64,000 nt of DNA. It comes from Mobula hypostoma. Taxonomy: Eukaryota. How positions within the stretch are numbered: the first letter of the stretch is position 1; every line of letters starts with the position of its first letter. Shown here one piece after another: positions 1 through 12,568 of the stretch. The stretch covers positions 80,912,001 through 80,976,000 of the forward strand of contig NC_086108.1 of NCBI RefSeq assembly GCF_963921235.1, given 5' to 3'. The notes beneath the pieces were generated by a model. That model searched no databases. It saw only the letters and a program-made list of their open reading frames with translations, and had not been told where the DNA came from. The position numbers and the translations under genes were made by a program.

Positions 1-89
1 CTTGCACCAGTTGGAGGCATTTCTTCCCATTTAAGGGTACACCCTGCTGACATTGGGAGAGTTGACCAGACATTTGTCTAGACTCCACA

Positions 90-225
90 GCCCTGATGAA
101 GGGTCTCAGCCTGAAATGTCAACCGTTTATTCATTTCCATAGATGCTGCCTGACCTGCTGAGTTCCTTCAGCATTTTGTGTGTCTTGCTTTGTATTTCCA
201 GCATCTGGAGAATCTCTTGTGTTTA
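90..225 (+). mobile_element. Penelope-like element terminal fragment with degenerate hammerhead motif
   Basis: CCTGATGAAGGGTCTCAGCCTGAAATGTC followed by the ATAGATGCTGCCTGACCTGCTGAGTTCC...CCAGCATCTG block that recurs throughout the window. Confidence 0.6.
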
Positions 226-229
226 TGAT

Positions 230-500
230 TTGACATGATTTTAAGGTGATTGGAGGAAAGTATAGGGGCGATGTCAAAGGTAGCTTTCTTCTAACACAGA
301 GTGTGGATATGTGCAATGCACTGCTGGGGGTGATGGTGGAGGCAGATTCATTGGGGACATTTAAAAGACTCTTAGATAGGCATATGAGTGAAAGAAAAAT
401 GGAGGAATATGTGGGAGGGAAGGGTTAGATCGATCTTGGAGTAGGTTAAAAGGACAGCACAACATTGTGGGCTGAAGGGCCTGTACTGTTCTGTGCTCTA
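230..500 (+). mobile_element. CR1 LINE 3' fragment
   Basis: Translation ...VEADSLGTFKRLLDRHM... matches the CR1 ORF2 C-terminus; the CR1-type 3' tail GGGCTGAAGGGCCTGTACTG follows. Confidence 0.7.
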
Positions 501-1821
501 GGCATCTTCACAGCTGACTGGATGCTTCCCGAACACCTTACAAAATCCACACAGTATACTAGCTATCTGCTAATATCTTTACACATGTAACAGCTCATTT
601 GTGGAAGCTCTTTATGGGCAGAACTGGGACAGTGGGTCCAGGTCCTAGTTCAGGCAGGCAGGAGTTAATTCTAGCCCTGGTCAGCCTCTCAGAACACTTC
701 ATCTCAGTTGAAGTGAGTGCTGCTGGGCAATAGTCTTTGGGGCAATTCTATCCCTGTTATTCTTTCCTGTAATACCATGTGCTCATATCTTCTTAAGCAG
801 CCTCATGTGTGGCACTTTGGTAAACACCTTCTGAAAATCCAAGTAGGCAACACCCACTGATTCTTCTTTGTCTATCCCATCTGTTATTTCCTCCAAGAAT
901 TCCAGCAGATTTGTCCAGCAAGATTTTTCATCAAAGAAGCTATGCCGACTTTATTTTATCTTGTGCCTCCAAGTATCCTGAAATCTCATCCTCAATAATG
1001 GACTCCAACATCTTCCCAACCACTAAAGTCAGGCTAACTGGCCTATCATTTTTTTTCTGCCTCTGTCCTTTCTCAGTATGGTTTACTCACGGGCTTCCTG
1101 TGTTACAAATGATTTGACTGATAGAAATCTGACTTCAGGCAAATTACCCCAGAATTAACTATTAGCTGCGTGAGGGAGCTGAGTGTATATAAGTTATACA
1201 GTGCTACTTCCTCATTACAACCCCAAAACTGCTCCCTTGGCTGCGGTTTGGACAGGTGCTTTATAAAAGCAAGATTCTCTTTTAAAAGTCAAACAACAAA
1301 GTTGTGTGGTGAGCTGGTGCTCTGGGGTGGAGAGACGGTAAAGTTGTAATGAGGAAATAGAGTTAGTTCATACACATGAAGTTCCCTCAGATTTTTTAGA
1401 GGAAGGAGGGGTGTTGGTTGATAATACAATTACTGCTCCTGCAATGATTGTGTAACTGTCTGAGAGAAGAAGCAACAGATCTGTTTGATATCACATACAA
1501 AGGCAGTACCTTGACGAGTGTGACACTCCCTAAGGTTTGGGCTAACAGCCTGGTACATTGTGGGCAGAGCTCAGGAGCGGCATCTCAACCCATAACCTCT
1601 TTGATTCAGGGGTAACATCAGTGGGCAGCGCTGGCACAGCTGGTAGTGCAGCTGCCTCACCAGTCCAGTCACCTAGACTTGACCCTTACCTCCAGAGATA
1701 TCTACACGGAGTTAAAAAGTCAAAGGTTGAGTTGATTTTCATATGCACAAGTGCGTGTGTGCTCAGCAGCAAAGAAGTGCTCACCTTCAGCAGCATCATG
1801 GACGTTAGAGGAACAACGTGT

Positions 1822-2160
1822 GCGGCACCGTAGCATAGCGGTTAGCACCTCGCTTTACAGCACCAGACAGCGATCAGCGAAAGGGGTTCGATTCTCGCTG
1901 TTGCCTGTGAGAAGTTTGTACATCCTCTCCATGCACGAGAGTTTCCTCTGAATCCTCTGGTTTCCTCTGAATCCTCTGGTTTCCTCCCACATTCTAACGA
2001 CGTACCGTTAGTATTAGTGAGCTGCGGGTGCGTTATGTCAGCTCTGGAAGCCTGGCAACAGTTGCGGGCTGCCCAGCACGGTCTTTGCTGATTTGATTTA
2101 ATGCAGTCGATGTGTTTCAATGTTTTGATGTACATGTGACAAATAAAGCTAATCTTTGAA
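1822..2160 (+). mobile_element. tRNA-derived SINE
   Basis: Pol III A box TAGCATAGCGG and B box GGTTCGATTCT, a core ...TGGTTTCCTCCCACATTC..., and a LINE-like tail GTGACAAATAAAGCTAATCT. No full cloverleaf. Confidence 0.65.
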
Positions 2161-2427
2161 AAGTATTCACAAGAAAATCATAAATGATACTAAATCATCG
2201 AAAACCAGACGTATTCTCATTGTTACCGTGTGGGTTTCTATTGAGTGCTTCAGGTTCTTCTCACATACAAAAATGGTGTGGACTGATAGGGTTCATTGCC
2301 GTTAGAATGTCGATGAGTGGTGGAATTTGTGGAGGGAGGAGGAGAATGGATCTTCAGATTCAAATTCAGATTAATTTATTTATCAAATAAACATCAAAGC
2401 ATACAGTGAAATGCGTTGTTTGTGCTA

Positions 2428-2775
2428 GTCATAGTCATAGTCATAGTCATACTTTATTGATCCCAGGGGAAATTAGTTTTTGTTACAGTTGCACCATAAA
2501 TAATAAATAGTAATAGAACCATAAATAGTTAAATAGTAATATGTAAATTATGCCAGTAAATTATGAAATAAGTCCAGGACCAGCCTATTGGCTCAGGGTG
2601 TCTGATGGCCACAGGCAGGAATGACTTCCTATGACGCTCTGTGTTGCATCTCAGAGGAATGAGTCTCTGGCTGAATGTACTCCTGTACCCACCCAGTACA
2701 TTATGTAGTGGATGGGAGACATTGACCAAGATGGCATGCAACTTAGACAGCATCCTCTTTTCAGACACAACCAAT
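2428..2775 (-). mobile_element. Rex1/Babar-type LINE 3' end with (CTATGA)n tail
   Basis: ORF 2529-2774 (SHPLH...TERHRKSFLPVAIR) resembles a Rex1 ORF C-terminus and ends in a short tandem tail. Confidence 0.6.
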
Positions 2776-4674
2776 GCAACCTAAGAATGTGTTAGGTCAG
2801 CCCGCAAATGTCGCCACACATTCCAGCGCCAACACAGCATGCTCACCATGTTCAACAGGACACAAGCAACAGCAGGTCTGTGGAACATGAGGAATGAGTG
2901 AGAGTAGGATCCATGTAAAACTGGGTACTTGATGGTCAGCATAAACTCAGTGAAACAAAGGGCCTCTTTCAGTGGCTTATCTCAACATGACCACTCCGCG
3001 ATGGTACAGACTGACTCGGAACCGAGACACAGGAGATTCTGTAGATGATGAAAATCTTGAGCAACACACACAAAATGCTAGAGCAAGTCAGCATCTATGG
3101 AGGGAAATGAACACGATGAGTCCTGATGAAGGGTCTCGGCCTGAAGTGTGATTTGCTCATTCCCCTCCATAGATGCAGCCCGACCTGCTGAGTTCCTCCA
3201 TCATTTTTTTGCGTGCATTGGTGAATGAGAGGTGATACTCTCCAGATCCTTCACCAGCCTGAATTTACCGCTGACAGGTAGCTGAACCGGTTTCTCCTGT
3301 TCTCGACCGCAGCACTCACATATCTGGTTGAAAACCAACACCTGCACTGACCTACATAGACCATTCAGGAATTCTGTGTGTTTTGGGTACGCTGTTCGCT
3401 GTGCAGGTTCGAAGTGGTTTTGGTAGGTAGGGGGCTCGAGCTGTAGGAAAACAATTTTTCGAGTAATTAAGTTTTTTGGCAGGGAACACTTTAGGAATGA
3501 TAATTAGGGGAAGATTAAGAAAAGTTAACATGAACTTGTTAAAAGCAAATCATGTTTGTTTACCCAATAGAGTTACTGATGATGTAACAGAGTAGGTCAA
3601 TAGGGCACTTGATAAATTGCCACACAGAAAAGCAACAAGGACAGACAATTGGTTAGAATTGAAGAGAATTTGTAAGTCACTCAGCCATAACAAAGGAAGC
3701 TGGGAGATCAATAAATCCATTCAAACATTTAGCACTGAGTTTCTGCAGAAATCCCCCCAGTTTCTGCTGTACTTCACATTGGATAACAATAGAATTTCCC
3801 CCAAGAAATTACCTTCATCCATCTGTGCTCTTACTCCAGACGTGCTGCTGAACTCTCAGTAGATTCACAGGATTCTGGGCTTTTGTTCTGCTTTAACAGG
3901 ATTAAGAATGCCGAGCCACTGACACTGGCCCACACTTGATGGGAAGAAATTGACACCGGCCCGCATCTGATGGGAAGAAAACTCGATTCCCATGACTTGT
4001 CAGCTCATGAGACATTTCAGAAAGCAAAACCCCCACAAATCATTTCACCAAACACAAAGGAAACAATAAAATTAAGAAGCAGAGATGAACTACTTTCTCT
4101 CATTGGAATACAGAACATGGGACATATGTAGATCATTACAAACACAAGCAAAGATCAAGTGGATAGCCAGTACTGTTTTTTCCCAGGGTGGAAATGGCTA
4201 ACTCAAGGGAGTATAATTTCAAAGTTATTGGAGGAAAGTATATCATAGATGTCAGAGGTAATTTTTTTTTACAGAGAGTTGTGGGTACATTGAATGACCT
4301 GCTGGGGTGGTGGTAGAGGAGGATACATTAAAATACAAATATTGTTTTAACACATTGCATTAATAATCCAAGAGACTCACTGCAATTTTCTTTGGAGTTG
4401 TAGTAGCTTTTAATGTTTCATTCTATGTTTCCTACTTCTTCCTTTTCAGTTAAATCCACGTCACGTAAGATGTCTATCTGCATTAACTGTGCTGAGCTAT
4501 CTATCAGTTATCCTTGAAAGACTTTTTGCAATACACTTATATTATCATTGAAAATGTTAATCTGAGACTTCTACCGAATTTTCAGATTATTCCACCCAAT
4601 AGGCACCATGACAGTCCTTTTACACTTAATCTTTAGGCCCATAACTTTGCTCAGCACTACCTCTCGAGCTAATA

Positions 4675-5580
4675 CTAAAGAGGTAGTGCTGAGCAAGCTT
4701 GTGGGCCTAAAGATAGACAAGTCCCCTGGTCCTGATGGAATGCATCCCAAGGTATTGGAAGAAATGGCAGAGGTTATATAGTTGAGGATTTGGTGATAAT
4801 TTACCAAAATTTTCTGGACTCTGGGCAGGTCCCAGCAGATTGGAAGACGGAGAATATCACATCACTGTTCAAACAGGGATGTGGGCAAAAGACAGGTAAC
4901 TGTAGGCCAGTTAGTTTAACATCTGTAGTTGGGAAAATGCTTGAAACTATCATTAAAGAAGAAATAGCGAGGCATCTGGAAAGAAATGGATCCATCAGGC
5001 AGACGCCACATAAAAGACAGCTGGAGTACTGTGTGCAGGTTTGGTCTCCTTACTTGAAGAAGAATATACTGGTTTTGGAGGCGGTGCAGAGGAGGTTCAC
5101 CAGGTTGATTCCAGAGATGAGGGGGTTAGACTATGAGGAGAGATTGAGTCACCTGGGACTGTACTCGCTGGAATTCAGAAGGATGAGAGAAGATCTTATA
5201 GAAACATATAAAATTATGAAAGGGATAGATAAGATAGAGGCAGGAAAGTTGTTTCCACTGGTAGTTGAAGCTAGAGCTAGGGGACATAGCCTCAAGATTC
5301 AGGGGAGTAAAATTAGGACGGAGATGAGGAGGAACTGCTTTTCCCAAAGAGTGGTGAATCTGTGGAATTCTCTGCCCAATGAAGCAGTGGAGGCTACCTC
5401 AGTAAATTTATTTAAGACAAGGTTGGATAGATTTTTGCGTAGTAGGGGAATTCGGGGTTATGGGGGAAAGGCAGGTAGATGGAGATGAGTCCATGGCCAG
5501 ATCAACCATGATCTTATTGAAAAGTGGAGTAGGCTCGACAGGCCAAATGGTCTACTTCTTCTCCTGTTTCTTATGTTCTT
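4675..5580 (+). mobile_element. CR1 LINE, internally deleted ORF2 plus 3' UTR
   Basis: KSPGPDGMHP, VPADWK, RPVSLTSVVGKMLE, LEYCVQVWSPY, LEAVQRRFTRLIP and FSQRVVNLWNSLP are hallmark CR1 ORF2 motifs. The RT core is missing between them. Confidence 0.9.
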
Positions 5581-5609
5581 TGTACACATTAAAAGTTGCA
5601 GGTGCCCAA

Positions 5610-6470
5610 TGTGACGAGAATACACATAAATTAAGATGTTTGCTGGCCTGGGATAGCACCAGTGACATCAGCAGTTGGTCTGCCACCTGTCCTCAGGGGA
5701 GGGAGAGATAAGGCACACAATGAAGTAGCATTTGGAGGTGTTAATGAAGGAGCCATCAGTCTGGGTATTGTCAAGATCGGCTCCCCCTTTGAACCCTGAA
5801 CTGTTTGAAGTGATGGACAGGCGATACCCCAGCAGGGGGATAAAAAGGGGCAGGTTCGCTAAGGCAACACACACGACACCCGAGGTAACGAGACCCTGGA
5901 AGCGGTGCGCCTCTCACAAGTCGGTGGGAAGTACCGGGCCATAAACGCACAGGGTGGAAAGGTACGATCAGCGGGAACCCGGTGTGTGTCCACCCTCGCT
6001 TGGGTGCCGGGTTCACTGCAGAGGATCGACTGCATCTGGAGGAGGGGTCACAGTCGGTGACCTCAGGTGACATCACAAAGGACTCGCCCGAAAGCTGCTT
6101 GTGAGCAATATCGCAGGTCTGTGTGTGGAAGCCGTTTTGGAATGATCATTCGTTCTTGTTCTCTCTCCTTCCCCCCCACATTGTCCATCGCCATGGCAAC
6201 GATTACTGCGAACTGAACTAAATTGAACTGGACTTTGTGTCACTTTGAAATTGGTCATTTACCCCTAGACAACGATAGAGCTTGATTGATCCTGTTATCT
6301 TAATTCTGTGCACATGTGTGTTTATCATTGCTGAACTGTTGCATTTATTATCCTTTCGATTACTGTGTTACTTGTTTCTTTAATAAAACTTTCTTAGTTC
6401 TAGTAATCCAGACTCCAACTGAGTGATCCATTTCTGCTGGTTTGGCAACCCAGTTACGGGGTACGTAACA
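5610..6470 (+). repeat. 5' LTR
   Basis: Direct repeat of 9603-10461; starts TGTGACG, ends GTAACA, contains AATAAA. Confidence 0.95.
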
Positions 6471-6569
6471 TAAGTGGGGTTCTCGTCCGCCATTCTGAAC
6501 GCTAAATTTGGGACGGAGTAAATTGATTGGGTCAAAATTCCCGAAAGAAAGAAAAGACAAACAGCAGAA

Positions 6570-8386
6570 ATGGAAACTGAGGAATTTATAAAGGCGCCGA
6601 CCTTGGAGGCATTAGAGGATGCCAGGAAATCGGAATTGGTAGCTGTGGCCAAACGGTTGAATCTTGCTAAGGGGAAGTCGACAATGAGGAGAGAGGAGAT
6701 ACACAGAACTATTGTAGAGCACTATGTATCTAAAGGTGTGTTTCCCCAAGGCGAGCTGGAGGTGGTGTCTATTGAAAAACCTGCTGGAGACGAGGTACAG
6801 GTACAGCTTGAAAAACTGAGACTCGAGCACGAGTTCCGGGTACGGCAGTTGGAGCGGGAAGAGAAAGAGAGGGGCAGACAGTTGCAGCGAGAGGAGAAAC
6901 AGAGGGAAAGGGAATTCGAGTTGGAGAAGTTAAGGATAAGGGCAGAGCAAGGGCTCGTGCCGAACGAAGGTGGAGGGTTCCGGGCGACCCAGGAGGTTAG
7001 GCTGGTTCCCCCATTTGACGATACCGACGTGGATCGGTACTTCCTCCATTTCGAAAAAGTGGCTATAAGTCAGGACTGGCCGAGGGATAAGTGGGCTGTT
7101 TTACTTCAGAGTGTACTGAAAGGGAAAGCCCAAGAAGCTTACTCCGCTTTGTCCGCGGAAGATGCCCAGAGGTATGAGGTGGTGAAAGAGGCCATCCTCA
7201 GGATTTATGAGTTGGTCCCGGAGGCATACCGGCAGAGGTTCCAGAATGCGAGGAAGCAGTGGGACCGCACGTATTTGGAGTTTGCCCGTGAGATGCAGAC
7301 ATATTGTGAGCGTTGGTGCGCCTCAAAGGGGGTAGAGGGGATTATGACACACTGCTACAGCTGATCCTGATTAAGCAGTTTAAAGGTTGTGTCCCTGAGG
7401 GTATGAGACCCTACCTAGATGAGAAAGAGGCAGCCACGTTAGCCGCAACTGCTAAGTTAGCGGATGAGTATGCGTTGACGCATAAAATGAAGTTTGCCCC
7501 GAGTAAAGGCTACCAGAAGGGTAGTCAGGACGGCGGGGAGAGTCCGCCGGAAAAATCAGAAAGTAAGCCAGGGACTAGTGAGAAGGATAAGGTAGACCGG
7601 GAGCAGTCTGGCAGGAATTCTCCTGGGGTCATCTGCTATAATTGCGGGAAAGTCGGACACTTTGCGTCCAGGTGCTTTGCTCCAAAGAAGGAGACGGGAA
7701 AAAGGAAGACAGCGATTTTGACTGGCTGTATCGAGCTGTTAAGCGAACCGCTAGGGAAGGACAGGTCTGCCAAAGTTCAGGAAGGGCGCGAGAGGTTTAT
7801 CTCGGCCGGATTGGTGTCAGTGAAGGAGGGGTTAAAACCAGTTCCAGTGCGGATCTGGAGAGACACGGGAACGTGTCAGTCACTAATACTGAAGAATGTA
7901 TTAGAGTTTAGCTCAGAGACCCAGACTGGGGAGGTAAAGGTCAAAGGTGTTGGGGAAGGGACAGAGTCAGTCCCTTTGCACCAGATACACTTACAAAGTA
8001 ACCTGGTCTCTGGACTAGTCACGATTGGGGTGAGGTCCGAATTACCGATGAAAGGCGTGGAAGTCTTGCTCGGTAATGACATCGCCGGGGGAATCGTGTT
8101 CGAAGCAGTGAGATTGATAGGTCAGCCTGCCAGCAGTGAGGCCCTGCCCATGGACTCACAGGTTCATCATGGGGCTGCGGTAGTGAATTTAGCTGCGGTG
8201 GTAAATATAGCTGAAATGTTTCTGCCAACCTTGTATGAGAAGAGGGTAGAAAATGAAAAGAAGGAGTATAGTGAGACAAGAGGTAGTGAGGGAGCTGGGA
8301 CAGACGTAGCAGTAGCCAGGAAAGAATTTGTGCAGACGCGGGAGCGAGACGAGGGGCTGATGGTTTCGGCAGAGACAGCTCTCTGA
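6570..8386 (+). pseudogene. gag: gag (coiled coil, SCAN-like capsid, CCHC knuckle) plus aspartic protease, frameshifted near 7340
   Basis: LVPPFDDTDVDRYFLHFEK, YELVPEAYRQRF, then in the next frame LILIKQFKGCVP...LADEY (SCAN-like), CYNCGKVGHFASRC, and protease RDTG...VLLGND. Confidence 0.85.
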
Positions 8387-8560
8387 CACAGACTTGACAA
8401 GGGAACTAGTAGGCTATTGTGCGGAGGAGGAAGTGCTAAGGAAGAAAGGGAGACCAAGTACCCTGCCCACAGATGAGGAATGGGGGGTGTTGCAAAAGAA
8501 TTATGGGGATAAGGTTTTTAACATGGCCCACGAGGTACCCCCCCCGGTGGACATTTTGCG

Positions 8561-9430
8561 GTGCTGGAGGAAACAGCTGGTGGAATCATGAAAGAGGTTT
8601 ACTGGCTGCCCAGGGGGGAGGATGCTATTGATTATGACCGACGCGAACTGAGACGGTCACAGGCTTTTGATATGCTAACAAACCTAGTCGGGGTTAGCGT
8701 GGAAATTAATGAAGCTAGGGTCCCCCCGATAAGAGAGAAAAACCATTTTGAAAAGATGAGTATGGTATCGACCAGATGGGAGAAGGTTATTGTTTTGGCC
8801 AGGTCTGCTGATAAGGTCTCTCCCTTAATCCCTGAACAAAGCGACTCTTTAGGAGAAGTAATTAAACGACTCGCACCCGTGTGTTTGATTGTCCCGAGGC
8901 GATGCAAAGAACTGGGACGTTGGGGGTTGGCTGTTACAATCGGTCAGCCTAGTAAACAACATCCATATAGAATGAGTAATTCAGTGACTAAAGGGCTGAC
9001 GAACACAGTGGTGTGTATTGGCAATTTAATACGGCTGTCTGAAGCCAGTTTGATAGTGAACCTTGAAAAAAATGAATTCGGCCACACGAAGGTCACTTAC
9101 CTGGGAATTGAGGTGACACAGGGGCAGCTGGCAGCGATGCAAGCTACAGTGCAGGCTATCGCTGACCTCCCAACCCCGACAGACAAGAGGGCCCTCAGAA
9201 GGCTCTTGGAGATGGTGGGGTACTGTAGGAAGTTTTGCAATAACTCTGCGGTCACTACCCCTCCCCCTCCTACTAAGCCCTTGCGAGAGAAAACTAAGTC
9301 GGAATGGGACGACCCTTGTTATTGTGGTCCGGGACAAAACCAAATGAGAGGTTACATTGATCGCAATTCATCAGTGTTTTTGGCCACTATGAAGTTTGCT
9401 AAATTGGAGCCTGGTCTAAGGGATTATTAA
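8561..9430 (+). pseudogene. pol: Remnant pol (RT thumb fragment only)
   Basis: LIVNLEKNEFGHTKVTYLG...IADLPTPTDKRALRRLLEMVGYCRKF. No YxDD motif, intact RNase H or integrase core is visible. Confidence 0.75.
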
Positions 9431-9602
9431 TAACACATATAAAAGGGACGAAAAATGTGATTGCTGACTGTCTGTCAGGTGTTGACAACTTCAAATTCTC
9501 TGTATTAGCCAAATAGCTGATAAAGATGTATATTTGTGTGTATCAAATAATGTACTCATGTTTGTAATTTTTACCCTGGTAAAAATCCTTAAAGGGGGGA
9601 AG

Positions 9603-10461
9603 TGTGACGAGAATACATATAAATTAAGATGTTTGCTGGCCTGGGATAGCACCAGTGGCATCAGCAGTTGGTCTGCCACCTGTCCTCAGGGGACACAATA
9701 AAGGCACACAATGAAGTAGCATTTGGAGGTGTTAATGAAGGAGCCATCAGTCTGGGTATTGTCAAGATCGGCTCCCCCTTTGAACCCTGAACTGTTTGAA
9801 GTGATGGACAGGCGATACCCCAGCAGGGGGATAAAAAGGGGCAGGTTCGCTAAGGCAACACACATGACACCCGAGGTAACGAGACCCTGGAAGCGGTGCG
9901 CCTCTCACAAGTCGGTGGGAAGTACCGGGCCATAAACGCACAGGGTGGAAAGGTACGATCAGTGGGAACCCGGTGTGTGTCCACCCTCGCTTGGGTGCCG
10001 GGTTCACTGCAGAGGATCGACTGCATCTGGAGGAGGGGTCACAGTCGGTGACCTCAGGTGACATCACAAAGGACTCGCCCGAAAGCTGCTTGTGAGCAAT
10101 ATCGCAGGTCTGTGTGTGGAAGCCGTTTTGGAATGATCATTCGTTCTTGTTCTCTCTCCTTCCCCCCCACATTGTCCATCGCCATGGCAACGATTACTGC
10201 GAACTGAACTAAATTGAACTGGACTTTGTGTCACTTTGAAATTGGTCATTTACCCCTAGACAACGATAGAGCTTGATTGATCCTGTTATCTTAATTCTGT
10301 GCACATGTGTTTTTATCATTGCTGAACTGTTGCATTTATTATCCTTTCAATTACTGTGTTGCTTGTTTCTTTAATAAAACTTTCTTAGTTCTAGTAATCC
10401 AGACTCCAACTGAGTGATCCATTTCTGCTGGTTTGGCAACTCAGTTACGGGGTACGTAACA
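9603..10461 (+). repeat. 3' LTR
   Basis: Near-identical copy of 5610-6470, preceded by a polypurine tract. Confidence 0.95.
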
Positions 10462-10811
10462 CCAATTTTCTAAATCCTCCAAACTACTCTTCCATTATAA
10501 CAGAAGCATTTGCAAACTGTTGTATAAGGAATGTATTGTTTTCATCAGCATGTACCCAGCATTCAGTGTGATGAACAGGTGAAAGGGTTTTTCACCAATT
10601 TTTTCTCTTTATAATTGTACACATCTGACCACTGAACTCTCTTGATCCAATAAACAAACCAATTCCTCCTCTATTTATGTTCAACATTTTTGGAATCATG
10701 TACTTATCAAAGCAACTACCATCTCACTCCAATTATTCTTTTCTTTTCAAAAGATTCTAATTTTCCACTGCACTCCTTCTCTCCTGCAATTCTTTGCTTA
10801 ATTCCTTCCCA

Positions 10812-12568
10812 TGTCAGCCCTGCACAGGCAGGCCCCTCCCAGCCTCCATCCAGCTAACAGTGGTCATCTGCCACTCGGTTCCAAACGCTCACCTGAAGCC
10901 TACTTAAACCTCGTCCACGTTCCTTGTTCAGGCATCGAACCAGCCAGCCTCAACAAGCTGTTCCTCGCCACCAATTACTTTGACACCTTGTTGTGTGAAG
11001 TATCCTTTTTCTCTCGTTTTGTGACCCCTGATGGCTTGTTGTTAAAATGATCACACACCACTGAATCGTCTCTGCTGTTCTGCATTTGGGTCCGGCCCCC
11101 TCTACGTTTCCTGGCAGGATGGGTGAACCAGTGATCGACCTAGCAGAGTTCGCTTGCCCAAAGCAGGTCGTCCTCTGACACGTGTGCATGATCCAGAAGC
11201 AGCAGGGAACCATCTGCTCGCCACTCTCAACCAACTTTTCATCTTGTTACAGCAACCCTCCGTCAGTCAACCTCCTCCCTCGGAGCCCTGGAATTTGGTG
11301 CCCGAACTCTTCCTCGACAGATTCCTCGACCCACTGTCACAACTTCCTGTCCCAGTGTGTCTTGCACTTTGAGCTGCAGCCATTACTGTATTTTGTGGAC
11401 CAAGCCAAGATTTCCTTTGTCATCTCTCCCTTCACTGGGTGAGCTCTGACCTGGACTGCTGCTAAGTGGGACTATAAGATCAACATCTGCAATAAATATG
11501 AGGAATTCACCACTCAGATGCATCATTTGGGAAGTGGAAGGGAGGCAGCAGATTGGATAGTTTTCCTGCATCAAAACCCGTGGTTGGTGCTGGCTTACGC
11601 CATGGAGTTGAGGACATTCAAGTGCAGTGGAGTGCAGATTGGCTGCTAGCCCACTACCATCATGACCTTTGGGAGCATTTGAAAAATGAGAGCTGCCCAC
11701 CGACCTCATCACTCTGGCCCACTGTGTCGACAAGCGTCCTATGGAACAACCCTCCAGATCACCAGCAACAACATCAGTTCAGTTCCCAGAATCATTTCAG
11801 GCTGCAGGACCCTCATCAGCAATTCCTTCAGGGCCTATGTAGTTAGTGAAAGCTCACTTAACCCTCCAAAAGTGTGAGCGTCGGTGGAGAAACAACCTGT
11901 GCCCTTACTGTGGAGCTGCCGATCACTCACACATCATTTGCCCACTACGTCCAAGAAAATGGGTCAAGATGAGGGTCCTTATATTTGGTAAGGTCCTCCT
12001 GGCCCCTTGTTCCAGCACCATAGCCCAACTCACTGTCTCTGTCCATTTCTACATCCTGACACCTCCGCACACACCGGAGGCTGTGGTGGATCCAGAGCGG
12101 CAGGCGACTTTCTGGATCAAGCTCTGGGTGTGCAGCTTGGACTGAGCTTATCTCTCATCCCCTCCGCATCACGGCTAACGGCTATTGATGGACGACCTTT
12201 GGGGTCTGGGATGGTCAGAGCGCGTAATGGACCCGGCATACGAGCGTCAGAGAGCACCACCGAGTCCATCCAATTCCTCATTATTGACTCACCCAACACT
12301 CTGCTCATCTATGGTCACGCCTGGCAATCCACTCATAACACTCACTTCGCCTGGTCACCTGGTTCACTGTCGAGTTGGGGACCCAGCTCAGTTGGCCACT
12401 CCAGAAATCCGTGGAGATGGAGGAACCCTCGAGCTCACCAAACCCCTGCAGGTATACCACAACTGAGCCACTGATTTCAGTAAAAGGGACTGCAGTACCC
12501 TGCCACTTCACAGACCGCACAACTGCATGATTGACCTCCTCCTGGGCACCACTCCTCCCCGCGGTCCA
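10812..12568 (+). mobile_element. Degenerate Ty3/Gypsy element of the sushi (PEG10/RTL1-related) type, truncated before RT
   Basis: Gag CHNFLSQCVLHFELQP...AKISFVIS, knuckle LCPYCGAADHSHIICP, protease-region AAGDFLD...AIDGRPLG, and pre-RT HRPHNCMIDLL. Many stops and frameshifts. Confidence 0.75.

Larger units (their letters stand above)
5610..10461 (+). mobile_element. Gypsy (Gmr1-like) LTR retrotransposon, non-autonomous deletion derivative
   Basis: Two near-identical TG...CA LTRs (5610-6470, 9603-10461), 4-bp TSD CCAA (5606-5609 and 10462-10465), tRNA-Pro-like PBS TGGGGTTCTCGTCC at 6475, and PPT AAAGGGGGGAAG at 9591-9602. Confidence 0.95.

Noticed and set aside
1822..1905. tRNA gene
   Set aside because: It has A and B boxes but no proper cloverleaf, and it continues into a SINE core and LINE-like tail.
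3921..3980. 31-bp tandem duplication as a CRISPR-like or functional array
   Set aside because: Only two units with no spacers, in eukaryotic DNA; ordinary local duplication.
7330..7345. Programmed ribosomal frameshift between the two gag ORFs
   Set aside because: The break falls within the capsid/SCAN region rather than at a gag-pol boundary, and there is no clear slippery heptamer. A 1-nt indel in a G run is simpler.
5732..10249. Duplicated small ORFs (70, 101 and 61 aa) as a gene duplication
   Set aside because: They are incidental frames inside the two LTRs.
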